A stretch of DNA of 38,618 nucleotides from Deltaproteobacteria bacterium (GTDB lineage: Bacteria; Desulfobacterota; Syntrophia; Syntrophales; UBA2210), in the NCBI GenBank assembly GCA_030603465.1, contig JAUVXT010000001.1, positions 1-38,618 of the forward strand. The letters run 5' to 3'. The notes below the pieces were generated by a model. It made no database searches and had not been told where the DNA came from. It saw only the letters and a program-made list of their open reading frames with translations. Every line of letters starts with the position of its first letter. Positions within the stretch are counted from its first letter, which is position 1. Position numbers and translations under genes: made by a program. Positions 1-10,239 of this stretch are shown one piece after another.

Positions 1-1330
1 CGAACAGGGGTATTAAAACCGTAGCGAGCGCCCATGCCGTCGCGGTAAAGACATTCTTTGATCCCGGTATGTCCACAAGCCTTTTTAATCTCCATCTGGG
101 AGGGAATATTGTGATATTATAGAGTATGCCGAGGAGGGACATGAGCAACAACAGCATGAAGGGCACAGTTCCCTGCACGAACGAAAGAACCAGCGCCATA
201 ATCAGTGAAAGAACGGCTAAGGTCATATAAGTATCCTTGTGCCTGACATAGGTCTCTTCCCGGAAACTTCCCTTTATTCTCCCAAAGTTTCTATCCTGGA
301 GTCTGTTGATGGTGTGCATTGCATAGACGTAGGTCGCGGCGATCATGACATTGATAATACTAATTCCGATTCCCTGAAACAGCATGCCGACCAGAGACAG
401 GCACCCGGCGCCGATGGCGGAATAGATATCTGTTCTTACCATGAAAATCCAGAGGTTATAGAGGCCTCTCAGCTTTCTTAGTCTTTTCCCATCTTTATAA
501 TGCAAGAGATAGTCAACAACCCCGTCTGTTATCCAGTTGGGTGTGGATGCGCCTGCTGATACGCCTATCTTTTCGTGCTTGCTGAGGTCTATGCTTCTAA
601 GTTCATCCGCCGTTTCAATGTGAAAGGTAGGTGTCCCCTGTTTTTGAGATATAACTGCCAGCCGCTTTGTGTTCGCGCTGTTTTTGCCTCCGACAATGAT
701 GATTCCATCCGTTTCTACGGCCAATTCCCTGATCTCAGCCTGTCTCTTTTCCGTGGAACGACATATGGTATCGAAAACCTCGACGACGGGAAATTTCTTT
801 TTGATTGTGTCTGTTATTTCATCATACTCTTCTAAGTTTTGCGTCGTCTGGGCGACGACGCATACCTTTTCATACGGAGGAAGTTTATCAACCGCCTCTC
901 TGTTTCTGACGACAGTACCCTGATCCGATGAATATCCCATAAGGGCAGTGACTTCCGGATGTTCCCTTTCCCCCACAATTATAATCTTATAACCGGATAA
1001 CGCATGCTTCATTATAATGGACTGCACCCTGGCAACCCTGGGACAGGTGGCGTCAAATATCTCTACGTTTTTCTTTTCCAGTTGTTCTCTTTCCTCGGGG
1101 GATATTCCATGGGCCCTGACAACTACGATACCCTCCTCTATTTCATCGAGTTTATCGACCGGCATCACACCCCTCTTTTTCAAGAGTTCAACCGTCTGCG
1201 GGTTGTGTATTATAGGTCCGTATGTAAATACCTGTTTTTTGCCCCTGTGCCGGGCAACGTCGAGGACCTTATCAACGGCTCTCTTCACACCCATGCAGAA
1301 ACCCGCTGTCTTTGCCAGTTTGACTTCCAT
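1..1330 (-). CDS. ispH: 4-hydroxy-3-methylbut-2-enyl diphosphate reductase (IspH/LytB) with a C-terminal polytopic membrane extension; the 3' end runs off the window
   Basis: The minus-strand frame starts at ATG 1330-1328 (MEVKLAKTAGFCMGVKRAVD...). The three IspH Cys segments (GFCMGV, DATCPRV, DTICRST) are present, plus GGKNSANTKRL and SAGASTPNW. The frame stays open to position 1. It has no stop in the window, so it is absent from the ORF track. The last ~155 codons are hydrophobic helices. Confidence 0.85.
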   Translation of the reverse strand, partial: MEVKLAKTAGFCMGVKRAVDKVLDVARHRGKKQVFTYGPIIHNPQTVELLKKRGVMPVDKLDEIEEGIVVVRAHGISPEEREQLEKKNVEIFDATCPRVARVQSIIMKHALSGYKIIIVGEREHPEVTALMGYSSDQGTVVRNREAVDKLPPYEKVCVVAQTTQNLEEYDEITDTIKKKFPVVEVFDTICRSTEKRQAEIRELAVETDGIIIVGGKNSANTKRLAVISQKQGTPTFHIETADELRSIDLSKHEKIGVSAGASTPNWITDGVVDYLLHYKDGKRLRKLRGLYNLWIFMVRTDIYSAIGAGCLSLVGMLFQGIGISIINVMIAATYVYAMHTINRLQDRNFGRIKGSFREETYVRHKDTYMTLAVLSLIMALVLSFVQGTVPFMLLLLMSLLGILYNITIFPPRWRLKRLVDIPGSKNVFTATAWALATVLIPLF

Positions 1331-1391
1331 AAAACAATTATCCCAAATCTATTTTCGAAATCTTATAATTCAAACGAGAAAATCTGACTTT

Positions 1392-2144
1392 TTACGGGTC
1401 AATCTTTTTCCCATATAGAAAAAATTCCCTGTTTCCGGCAGGACCTGTAATCGGGGATTCATATATTCCCACGACTTTTAGATTCAACTTGCCGGCAAAT
1501 GCAGCAATCTCATCGCACACCTTTTTATGCACCCTCTCATCTCTGACAACCCCCTTCTTCCCGATCTCCTCTCTGCCCGCCTCGAACTGGGGTTTTATCA
1601 ATGCAAGAATGACGGCTTCATTTTTTACAAGATCGGCAACGACGGGGAGCACCAGTTTGAGGGAAATAAAAGAGACATCGATGGTGGCGATATCAATTTC
1701 GTCCGTTATCCCTTCACCGGAAAAGTATCTTATGTTTGTCCTCTCGAAAAGGATGACCCGGGGATCGGACCGGAGCTTCCACGCAATCTGGCCGTAACCG
1801 ACATCTACCGCATATACCCTTTTTGCCCCTTCCTGGAGAAGGCAGTCCGTAAAACCCCCCGTTGAGGTGCCTACATCCATGGCCACCAGATCCCTGACAT
1901 CGATCTGAAATTCCGCGATTGCCCCCTTTAGTTTTATCCCTCCCCTGCTTGCATAAGGGTTATCCTCACCCCTGATCCTGATTTTTGAGTCGCTGCGAAC
2001 CAGCGTTCCCGCCTTACTTACGCTCTCTTCTTCGACAAGGACAGATCCCGACAGTATACGCGCCCTGGCCCTTTCGCGAGACTCGACCATGCCTCGCTCT
2101 ACCAGCAGCCTGTCCAGTCTGATTCTGGGATTTTCAGCTTTCAT
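1392..2144 (-). CDS. tlyA: TlyA-family rRNA 2'-O-methyltransferase (hemolysin A-like)
   Basis: 250-aa ORF. It has an N-terminal S4-like segment (RLDRLLVERGMVESRERARARI) followed by an FtsJ-type AdoMet motif (DVGTSTGGFTDCLLQEGAKRVYAVDVG). It sits downstream of dxs, as in many genomes. Confidence 0.85.
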   Translation of the reverse strand: MKAENPRIRLDRLLVERGMVESRERARARILSGSVLVEEESVSKAGTLVRSDSKIRIRGEDNPYASRGGIKLKGAIAEFQIDVRDLVAMDVGTSTGGFTDCLLQEGAKRVYAVDVGYGQIAWKLRSDPRVILFERTNIRYFSGEGITDEIDIATIDVSFISLKLVLPVVADLVKNEAVILALIKPQFEAGREEIGKKGVVRDERVHKKVCDEIAAFAGKLNLKVVGIYESPITGPAGNREFFLYGKKIDP

Positions 2145-2170
2145 TGGAGTTCCTTGAGGAGTGCCGGGGG

Positions 2171-4060
2171 TTAAAGACTTGTAACTTTTCGGACAGCCCG
2201 GGCAATGCCCTCTTCATCGATGCCATGTTTTTTTCTAAGCTCCGCCTGTGTTGCATGCTCCACAAACTCGCTTCCGATCCCCAACCTCTTGACAGTTATC
2301 CCGGAGATTCCCCTTTCTTCCAGCAATTCAAGGACTGCGCTTCCGAAGCCTCCCATGAGGGCGTTCTCTTCTACTGTCACCATCTTCTTTACGGTCGATG
2401 CGATATCACAGAGAAGTTCGGTATCGAGTGGCTTTATAAAACGGCTGTTGATGACCGTTGCCTCTATCCCCTCCTTTTCCAGCTTTCCGGCTGCTTCCAG
2501 GGCAGGATAGACGGTGGAGCCAATTGCCACTATTGCGATATCTTTCCCCTCTCGAAGGACCTCCCCTTTTCCGATTTCAAGGGTTCTGGGCGCATCTTCG
2601 ATAGGAACACCCACACCCTTACCCCGGGGATACCGTATTGAGACGGGAAAGCCGCAATAAACGGCAGTTTTCAGCATATGCTGGAGCTCATTTTCATCCT
2701 TCGGGGCCATCATGATAATATTCGGAATGGCCCTCAGGAAAGAGTAATCGAAGAGTCCATGATGAGTAGGCCCATCATCACCCACAATTCCTCCGCGATC
2801 CAGGGCAAAAATAACGGGGAGCTTCTGAAGACAGACATCCTGAACGACCTGATCATAGGCCCTCTGCAGGAATGTGGAATAAATGGCAACAACGGGGATG
2901 AATCCCTCGGTAGCCAGACCGGCGGCGAAGGTGACACCGTGCTGTTCGGCTATGCCCACATCGTAAAACCTTTCGGGAAACTCCTCTGCAAACCGATCGA
3001 GGCCGGTTCCCGTGCACATCGAGGCCGTTATGGCGACTATCCTTTCATCTTCCCGGGCCAGCTTCACTGCCGCTTTGCCAAATACTTCAGTGTAAGCCTT
3101 GGGAAAATTATTCTGGGCAATCGCTTTCCCTGTTGCGATGTCGAAAGGACCGATGCCATGAAATCTTGACGGTTCCTCTTCGGCAAATTTATATCCCTTC
3201 CCCTTTTTTGTGATGACGTGAACCAGGATCGGCCTTTCGAGACCCTTGACATTTTTAAAGTTTTTTATCAGAGGATTCAGTTTGTGACCATCGAGGGGAC
3301 CGACATACTGAAAACCCAGTTCCTCGAATAATACACCGGGGACGATGAATGCCTTCAGAGACTCCTCCATCTGTCGCGTAAACTTTACAATCTGTTCCCC
3401 GACGCCGGGGATGGTCTTGAAGAAATTCAGTATCCTTGCCCTGAGTTTTGTCACCTGCTGTCCCGTCATGATCCGGTTCAGGTAAGATGACATGGCTCCC
3501 ACATTGGGCGAGATGGACATCTCATTATCGTTCAGCACAATTATAAGGTCTTTTCCCCTGTCACCGGACCAGTTAAGCCCCTCAAAGGCCATACCTGCCG
3601 TCATGGAACCGTCACCTATTACGGCGATGACCTTACATTTTTCCTTTTTCAGACATCTCGCATCGGCAATACCGGAAGCCGCCGAAATCGATGTGCTGCT
3701 GTGTCCCACGCCAAAGACATCATAGATACTCTCTTCCCGGCGCGGGAAACCACTGACTCCTCCTTTCTCTCTGAGGGTGTGAAAACTGTCTCTTCTGCCG
3801 GTTATGATCTTGTGGGTGTAGGCCTGATGCCCCACATCCCAGACAAGCTTATCATCGGGTGTATTAAACACATAGTGAAGCGCCAGCGTCAGTTCTACCG
3901 TTCCCAGTGAGGATGCGAGATGGCCTCCGTTCTTTGCCACGGTCTCTATAATTTTATTTCTGATTTCCCCTGCAAGGATATTCAATTCTTCAACCTGAAG
4001 TTTTCTCAAATCCTCAGGATTATTTATGTGTTCTAATATTGTAGTGTCTCTCTCTTCCAT
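2171..4060 (-). CDS. dxs: 1-deoxy-D-xylulose-5-phosphate synthase
   Basis: Motifs [14 protein letters not shown] and the TPP-binding [15 protein letters not shown] are present, with full-length similarity to Dxs. The track ORF begins at a TTG (4114). I prefer the ATG at 4060 ([18 protein letters not shown]...), which avoids overlap with ispA. Confidence 0.93.
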   Translation of the reverse strand: MEERDTTILEHINNPEDLRKLQVEELNILAGEIRNKIIETVAKNGGHLASSLGTVELTLALHYVFNTPDDKLVWDVGHQAYTHKIITGRRDSFHTLREKGGVSGFPRREESIYDVFGVGHSSTSISAASGIADARCLKKEKCKVIAVIGDGSMTAGMAFEGLNWSGDRGKDLIIVLNDNEMSISPNVGAMSSYLNRIMTGQQVTKLRARILNFFKTIPGVGEQIVKFTRQMEESLKAFIVPGVLFEELGFQYVGPLDGHKLNPLIKNFKNVKGLERPILVHVITKKGKGYKFAEEEPSRFHGIGPFDIATGKAIAQNNFPKAYTEVFGKAAVKLAREDERIVAITASMCTGTGLDRFAEEFPERFYDVGIAEQHGVTFAAGLATEGFIPVVAIYSTFLQRAYDQVVQDVCLQKLPVIFALDRGGIVGDDGPTHHGLFDYSFLRAIPNIIMMAPKDENELQHMLKTAVYCGFPVSIRYPRGKGVGVPIEDAPRTLEIGKGEVLREGKDIAIVAIGSTVYPALEAAGKLEKEGIEATVINSRFIKPLDTELLCDIASTVKKMVTVEENALMGGFGSAVLELLEERGISGITVKRLGIGSEFVEHATQAELRKKHGIDEEGIARAVRKVTSL

Positions 4061-4097
4061 TACAATCCCATCCCAATATCTGTAAAAATAGGGGCGT

Positions 4098-5003
4098 TTA
4101 TGATTTCCTTTCAATGATGAATTTCGCGATCATCCGCAGAGGATCGGCTTTATCATCAAAGTGAGCGATATTTGACAGGGCCTCATCTATCGATTCCCTG
4201 GCTCTCTTCCTGGAACCATCAAGACCGAGAAGGGCAGGGAAAGTGACCTTATTATGGGCCTTATCGCTTCCCGTATCCTTCCCCAGGAGTTCTTTATCCC
4301 CCTCTATATCTAAAATATCATCTGTTATCTGAAAAGCAAGTCCTATTCCCCTCCCATAGGCAGAAAGGGCCGCCAGATCGGTCTCGGATGCCCCTGTCAG
4401 TATGGCGCCGGCCCTTATTGAAACGGTAAGCAGCGCCTCCGTCTTATGCCTGTGGATATAATTAAGGGTTTCCATGTCCGCATCTTTCCCTTCCGATTCC
4501 AGATCAACCACCTGGCCACCAATCATCCCATAAAAACCTGCCGCCGTGGAGACCTCGCTGATAGTTTTAAGAAGGGCCTCCGGCGCGACTTTGTCTAGGA
4601 TCTCCCCATCCGACATCAGATGAAAGGCCTCTGTAAGGAGCGCGTCTCCCGCGAGGACTGCAATTCCCTCTCCGAATACCTTGTGATTTGTGGGCATCCC
4701 CCTTCTGAAATCATCGTCGTCCATTAATGGAAGATCATCGTGGATCAGAGAATATGTGTGGATCAGTTCAATGGCGCATGCCACCGGGACTACCCTTTCA
4801 ATGTCTCCCCCCACGGTCTCTGCCGCAGCCATGCACAGAACAGGTCTTAACCTCTTTCCACCTGCGAAAACACTATACCGCATTGATTCAAAGATAAGGG
4901 GGGGGAATCTGTCTTCTCCCGGGAGAAACCTGTCCAGCGCATCGTCTACAATCTTTTTCCTCTCCTTAAGATATTCTTTCAGTGATGCCGGTTGTTTACT
5001 CAT
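4098..5003 (-). CDS. ispA: (2E,6E)-farnesyl/geranyl diphosphate synthase
   Basis: It has the first Asp-rich motif [17 protein letters not shown] and the second FQITDDILD. The track start at 5012 is a GTG. The ATG at 5003 overlaps the xseB stop (ATGAGTAA). Confidence 0.9.
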   Translation of the reverse strand: MSKQPASLKEYLKERKKIVDDALDRFLPGEDRFPPLIFESMRYSVFAGGKRLRPVLCMAAAETVGGDIERVVPVACAIELIHTYSLIHDDLPLMDDDDFRRGMPTNHKVFGEGIAVLAGDALLTEAFHLMSDGEILDKVAPEALLKTISEVSTAAGFYGMIGGQVVDLESEGKDADMETLNYIHRHKTEALLTVSIRAGAILTGASETDLAALSAYGRGIGLAFQITDDILDIEGDKELLGKDTGSDKAHNKVTFPALLGLDGSRKRARESIDEALSNIAHFDDKADPLRMIAKFIIERKS

Positions 5004-5232
5004 CCTCTTCACCCTCTTTTATGAAGGCTTTGACCTCCGGCTCACCATCGGTCTTAATGAGCACCTCTACCTTTCTTTCCGCATCATCCAGTTTTTTGGC
5101 GCAGAAACGGGAGAGATTAATGCCCTCTTCGAAGGCCTTCAGCGAATCGTCCAGGGTCATATCCCCCTCTTCCATCTTTTTTACAATCTCATCCAGCCTC
5201 TCAAGGGCCTTTTCAAATGTCTTTTCTGCCAT
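4996..5232 (-). CDS. xseB: exodeoxyribonuclease VII small subunit
   Basis: 78-aa ORF with FEKALERLDEIVKKMEEGDMTLDDSLKAFEEG, typical of XseB. It lies 4 nt downstream of xseA. Confidence 0.9.
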   Translation of the reverse strand: MAEKTFEKALERLDEIVKKMEEGDMTLDDSLKAFEEGINLSRFCAKKLDDAERKVEVLIKTDGEPEVKAFIKEGEEDE

Positions 5233-5236
5233 TTCT

Positions 5237-6601
5237 TCACTCCTGGGAAATCTTTGTGACCTTTGCCTTGAAACTACCCGATAAAACCTTCACGCCGACA
5301 TGACATCCCTCGGTCAGGGATTTTGCCTCTCTCACAATTGTATTGTCCGGCAATCTTCTGACAATACCGTATCCCCTTTCGAGGACAGAAAGGGGGCTCA
5401 AACCGTTCAGTATCGATATATTCTGTTTTAAAACATTTTTCAGATTATCCACAAGGAAAAGAGCCTTTGTTATCATATTTTCTTTCAGGGTTTCGAGTCT
5501 AAATTTATATTCTCCTATCCTGGCCGCCGGGTTCATGTATAACAGAAGCTTATTCGTGTGAAGAAGGGTGCTTTTCCGGTTCTCGAATCCACGCAGAAGG
5601 CCCTCTTTGAGGGAAAGGCTGCTATCATCCAGGTGTAAACGGAGATCCGCAATCTGTCTCCTCGGGTCCTTCAACCGCGCCCTCAGCGCCTCCGCCTTCT
5701 CTGATAACATATAGCTGATTTTACGTTGATTATTTACCAGCCTGAAATCGAGATTCTCCATCCTTTCAACCAGATCTCTTCGGTTAGGCACTACCAGCTC
5801 GGCGGCGGCCGACGGTGTCGGCGCCCTTAAGTCTGCCACAAAGTCCGCGATGGTGAAATCGATTTCATGACCCACGGCCGATATGATCGGAATCTTTGAC
5901 ACGTGTATGGCCCGTGCCACCCGCTCATCATTGAATGGAAAGAGGTCCTCCAGAGACCCTCCTCCTCTGGTCACAACAATCACATCAATTGCGGGAATGG
6001 CATTCAAGGCCGATATGGCCTCACATATTTCAGGCGGCGCCTCGACTCCCTGGACCCTTACCGGCGCTATGAGGATATCGATGGAGGAAAATCTCCTCTC
6101 CGTAATATTCAGGATATCCCTGATTGCCGCTCCCGTCGATGAGGTGACGACACCGATCCTACAGGGGAGAAAGGGAATTTCCTTTTTTAGAGAAGGATCG
6201 AAAAGTCCTTCCTCGTCGAGCTTCCGTTTGAGCTGTTCGAAGGCTATCTGAAGTGCGCCATATCCTCTCGGTTCGGCGGCGTCAATTATTAACTGATATT
6301 CTCCCCTCACCTGATAAACATTTAATTGTGCCCGGCAGACGATCTCCATGCCATCCTCCAAGTCAAAGCCTATCTTCTGCATCGCCTGCCTGAATATGAC
6401 GGCCCTGATCTGACTGTCCTGATCTTTGAGGGTAAAATAGACGTGTCCCGAACCGGGACGCCGGAGGTTTGAAATCTCGCCGGCAACCCAGAGGATATCG
6501 AAGCTGGTCTCCAAGAGTATTTTTATGTTTGCCGTCAACTCTGTAACGGTAAGGATGTCTTTCATGTCTTTTATATGAGGGCTTTCTTCAGTGTATCCCA
6601 T
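5237..6601 (-). CDS. xseA: exodeoxyribonuclease VII large subunit
   Basis: 454-aa ORF with an N-terminal OB-fold segment (WVAGEISNLRRPGSGHVYFTLKD) and a central catalytic region (VTRGGGSLEDLFPFNDE). The start could instead be the internal Met at 6565. Confidence 0.9.
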   Translation of the reverse strand: MGYTEESPHIKDMKDILTVTELTANIKILLETSFDILWVAGEISNLRRPGSGHVYFTLKDQDSQIRAVIFRQAMQKIGFDLEDGMEIVCRAQLNVYQVRGEYQLIIDAAEPRGYGALQIAFEQLKRKLDEEGLFDPSLKKEIPFLPCRIGVVTSSTGAAIRDILNITERRFSSIDILIAPVRVQGVEAPPEICEAISALNAIPAIDVIVVTRGGGSLEDLFPFNDERVARAIHVSKIPIISAVGHEIDFTIADFVADLRAPTPSAAAELVVPNRRDLVERMENLDFRLVNNQRKISYMLSEKAEALRARLKDPRRQIADLRLHLDDSSLSLKEGLLRGFENRKSTLLHTNKLLLYMNPAARIGEYKFRLETLKENMITKALFLVDNLKNVLKQNISILNGLSPLSVLERGYGIVRRLPDNTIVREAKSLTEGCHVGVKVLSGSFKAKVTKISQE

Positions 6602-6837
6602 CAGAATATCAAAAAATATAGTATTTTATTATAATTAGCAGAGGCATTAATCAGTTGCAACTATTTTTATTACACAAGGTCCATTGGTTATATCAATAAT
6701 TTACACATGAAACACGTATCAATCTTTACTGCCAAAGTGAATCCTTAAGAAGCAGAATTTCTAATGGATTGATCATCTTTTGGAAAAACACACAGCCAGT
6801 GGGTTTCAGGAGGGCGTTTTATTGTACATGGAATTTC

Positions 6838-9800
6838 TCATCGACAACTCCATATTCGATATAAACCATCTGCCCATTGAATAAGAGCCTGTTTTGCAAG
6901 TTCAGGATCACTTAATTCCCGATCCTGATGGGCAATGTATTCATTCCGGAAGGTGTAAATCCTACCTATCATTGTGGGCAGGCCTGTCTGGGACACATCG
7001 GCAAATCGTATACGGACAGACTCGAAGATACCGCCAACCTTCCGCCGCGTTGTACGCACGTAGTCCAGGCTCCAGTGTAGAAGACCGATCGGCATTAATC
7101 CATTCTGATCAATTAAAGTTCTTTCCAAGTTCTTGGCCTGCCGATGGTGGAAGTTGGCCTCGCCGGTTGGCAGATCGGTCAAATCGGGATGAAAAAATTC
7201 ATACTGTCTGGTGCCGTCCGCAGGCACATCATCCTTAAGTTCCCTGAGAATCATGCCCTTGGCCGCCTCATCCATTGGGCCAAGTAGCGGGGTAAAGACA
7301 GGCGCGAACGATATATTCTCTTTATTCTGCAAGAATTGATACAAGGCTACTGCCTGCTGTACCGCCTTCTGGTAGCGAGAAGGCAGTTCTTTAAAATTAT
7401 CCAATGGGATAAAGGCAGAAATGCTAATATCTTCCTTCGGTTCAGGTTCTCCAAAAGGCAGGCTTAATTGCGGATCACTTATCTCTTCCACCAACTGCTT
7501 CAGCGACGGCCGACACATTCGCATGAGAGTTTTCAGCTTGTTGTCACTGAGATTCTCAAAGAGTTTTTGCGGAACATAGATGTATGTCCACTTCTCCCCT
7601 TCCTGTGAAGCCGCGTCGCACCATGCCGCCGCAGCCCTTGCCTTCAAAGGCACGTCTTTATCCTCACGCCCTTTTGTTTCAACCAGGGCATATTCCCTTG
7701 CACTCATCCGGACAATAAAATCCGGCGTGTAGAAAGAAAGTCTCCCCCGCTGGGTCTGGTAATCAATTCGAAGCGCCTGGGGTCCGCCATTTTTGCAGAA
7801 TGCTCTCACATCAGGGGCAAGATCGAGGAACTGGCACATTGCCACCTCCAGATTCCGATTGCATGGAACAAGATTAAAGACGGTGCGTTTGGCCGGAATT
7901 GCCGGGTGATGTTCGGAATGTGTTACCTGATAAGGCTTCCAACTGGAGGCCGAAACGCCTTTGCCCCCGGGTTTGCGTTCTTCCTTGATTGTCGTGCGAG
8001 AAAGTATCAACGGTACAAAAGCAGCCCGGATATGTTCTCGCACATCGCTATCGGCCAGACGGCTTAGAAGGCGAGGATCGAAAAGAGTGACCTTTTCCTT
8101 GAATAGCAGCTCCGTGATGAACGTCTCAAGAAGAGGAGCTATAACCTTATGTGTTCCACGAATGCCGGTGATGTGTTCAAGTTCATCCCGGTAATACGAA
8201 ATGGCGCCGATACCGTTTTCAAGAAGAGGCAGACGGATTTTCATCTTTTCTACAACTTCATTTGTCAGGAGATGGCGGCCCTCATACTGTATCTCATCCG
8301 ATCCCCTGCTGCCGAGGGGTAGCCGAAGATATTTTGAAAATTCTTTACGGATATCTTCAATTGTAAGCCTCTCAAGCGATGGTGTTCTCGTATAGCCTGC
8401 GGATATTGCGGGAAGTGTTACATCGAGTTTTTTTATATCCTTGTTTCCCGTATCGGTAAATATGGTCACAGTACTCTTCGGAACTTTATCAATATCTACG
8501 ACCTCAATGGGGAGGCCTTCCTGACTGAGTTCCTGCTGATAGAGGCTCACAAAGGCGTTGTGCTCGACAACCGTGACAAGTTCCGCAACGCCTTCACTCG
8601 GCGAAGTCATACGTCGCAGGCCCCGGCCAAGAGTTTGTTCCGGCAAAATATTCGCCTTGGAGGTGTAAGGCCGGAGAGGAACAACAGTCGTAACATTGCG
8701 GACATCCCAGCCTTCCCGTAGCATAAGGACGGACACAATACACCGGTAGGGACTTTTCCCCGAATCGAGATCCCGGGAAAGATCGCGCAGTATCCTCAAA
8801 TCTTCTTCGCTGATTTCCTTTTCACTCTCTACAAAGGATGGATACCCTTTATTTCTGCCGCCGATCCACTTGATTTTCCCCTTAAGGTTCGTATGGAGGT
8901 TGATCGTCCTGCCGTTCAATTCGCCAAACAAGGAATCGGTGTTCAGCCTCCTCGTAATCTGATCGGCGGCCTCGGTATCTTCCGTCATAACAAAAAGCAG
9001 AGGGCTCTTGCCGCTTTTTTCCCACTCTTCCCTGGATTTCAGCCAGCGTTGATAACCCATCATCAGGTGCTGCTGGAATCGCTCTGACGCATCGCTGCTG
9101 GGACGTTCGGAAAGACCTTCCCCGCGGCCTATGATGGGAATCTTTACAATTCCGCCGTTTACAGCTTCGCCTAATGGCGCGTCACATATAACATGCTGGA
9201 ATATCTGTCCGTGATTATCTTTTGGTGTCGCCGAAAAATCGAGCTGAGAAACCAGACCCCCTCCGGTCTTTCTCTGAATTTCAGTATGCAGAAAATCAAT
9301 GGCTTCATTCCAAGCTGAGCCGGGATCCCACAGGTGGTGTGCCTCGTCATTCAAAACCATGATACGTTCATGCGCGGTGATCCGCTCACGCAGTGCCCTC
9401 CCCGTATCAAGCGCGTTTCCCCTGGACACTGCCGGTCCCACCCAGTCGTATGTTTCGGCATCCTTCTTTGCTTTTCGTTTGCTGATATCATAGAGACGGT
9501 GAATATTGGTGAGATAGAGGTTTCCCCCGGTGGATGCACCGCTGGTTTCATCCTGGAGAACAACGGACAAGTTCCAGTCGCCGCGCCACGCTACCGGAAT
9601 CAGAGGGTCTTTATCAAAAATAATTCCATTGCCGAAATCTTCTTTCAATCGTTCAAAAACGGTCAGGTTTGGGGCAATGACCACAAAATGCCTGGACATG
9701 GGCGAATCGCTTTCACGAAGGGCATGGAAATAGCTCCATACGATGGCAAGGCTCATGACCTTTGTCTTGCCCGTGCCGGTTGCCAGTTTGAAGGCGTATT

Positions 9801-10239
9801 TTGCCCAGAGATCGTCTTCCGGATTGACACCGAGAGCGGCAGTCTCACGATCGGCACCGCCGAACTCGCAGATGGTACTGGATAGGCTTCTGATCCCCCG
9901 GACTTCATAAAGGTAAATCATTGTCTCGACTGCTTCCCGCTGGCAGTAATAATATCGAAAAGGAATATTCTCGCCTGTCGGTGTCTCGATCATATGATCC
10001 CGTTCGAACCAGTGGTAAAGGAGTTCCCGTGTTGTGTCGGAAGCGCCGGCATAATCGTTTTCGCGCCATGCCTTCACAAATGACCGAAGGTTGTTGGCGA
10101 CAGTGATAGAAGAGGCCCTGCGGCCTTTTGCAATTTCCGCAGGTTTTCCCTCTTCCGATCTGATTCTATGACAATTGGGTTCTTCGTGGGGGGCATAAAG
10201 TGGTTCAAGGGCGGCGGGGTTGATAACAGTGTTTGTCAT
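6838..10239 (-). CDS. res: Type III restriction enzyme Res subunit (SF2 helicase plus PD-(D/E)xK nuclease) with an extra ~210-aa C-terminal domain
   Basis: 1133-aa ORF. It has Walker A LATGTGKTKV, DEAH box LNDEAHHLW and motif VI QTLGRGLRR. The nuclease motif YTPDFIV...ALVETKGRE is at about aa 838-858. The start ATG overlaps the mod stop (ATGA at 10236-10239). Confidence 0.85.
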   Translation of the reverse strand: MTNTVINPAALEPLYAPHEEPNCHRIRSEEGKPAEIAKGRRASSITVANNLRSFVKAWRENDYAGASDTTRELLYHWFERDHMIETPTGENIPFRYYYCQREAVETMIYLYEVRGIRSLSSTICEFGGADRETAALGVNPEDDLWAKYAFKLATGTGKTKVMSLAIVWSYFHALRESDSPMSRHFVVIAPNLTVFERLKEDFGNGIIFDKDPLIPVAWRGDWNLSVVLQDETSGASTGGNLYLTNIHRLYDISKRKAKKDAETYDWVGPAVSRGNALDTGRALRERITAHERIMVLNDEAHHLWDPGSAWNEAIDFLHTEIQRKTGGGLVSQLDFSATPKDNHGQIFQHVICDAPLGEAVNGGIVKIPIIGRGEGLSERPSSDASERFQQHLMMGYQRWLKSREEWEKSGKSPLLFVMTEDTEAADQITRRLNTDSLFGELNGRTINLHTNLKGKIKWIGGRNKGYPSFVESEKEISEEDLRILRDLSRDLDSGKSPYRCIVSVLMLREGWDVRNVTTVVPLRPYTSKANILPEQTLGRGLRRMTSPSEGVAELVTVVEHNAFVSLYQQELSQEGLPIEVVDIDKVPKSTVTIFTDTGNKDIKKLDVTLPAISAGYTRTPSLERLTIEDIRKEFSKYLRLPLGSRGSDEIQYEGRHLLTNEVVEKMKIRLPLLENGIGAISYYRDELEHITGIRGTHKVIAPLLETFITELLFKEKVTLFDPRLLSRLADSDVREHIRAAFVPLILSRTTIKEERKPGGKGVSASSWKPYQVTHSEHHPAIPAKRTVFNLVPCNRNLEVAMCQFLDLAPDVRAFCKNGGPQALRIDYQTQRGRLSFYTPDFIVRMSAREYALVETKGREDKDVPLKARAAAAWCDAASQEGEKWTYIYVPQKLFENLSDNKLKTLMRMCRPSLKQLVEEISDPQLSLPFGEPEPKEDISISAFIPLDNFKELPSRYQKAVQQAVALYQFLQNKENISFAPVFTPLLGPMDEAAKGMILRELKDDVPADGTRQYEFFHPDLTDLPTGEANFHHRQAKNLERTLIDQNGLMPIGLLHWSLDYVRTTRRKVGGIFESVRIRFADVSQTGLPTMIGRIYTFRNEYIAHQDRELSDPELAKQALIQWADGLYRIWSCR

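Noticed and set aside
4061-4114. The dxs ORF in the track has an upstream extension ([18 protein letters not shown]).
   Set aside because: It starts at a TTG and overlaps the ispA 3' end. The extension is not Dxs-like. The ATG at 4060 begins the conserved N-terminus.
6693-6701. A 9-bp match (TCAATAATT) occurs at both island flanks (6693-6701 and 16426-16434), which could be att-type direct repeats.
   Set aside because: It is too short and AT-rich to be significant in AT-rich intergenic DNA. There is no integrase or tRNA nearby.
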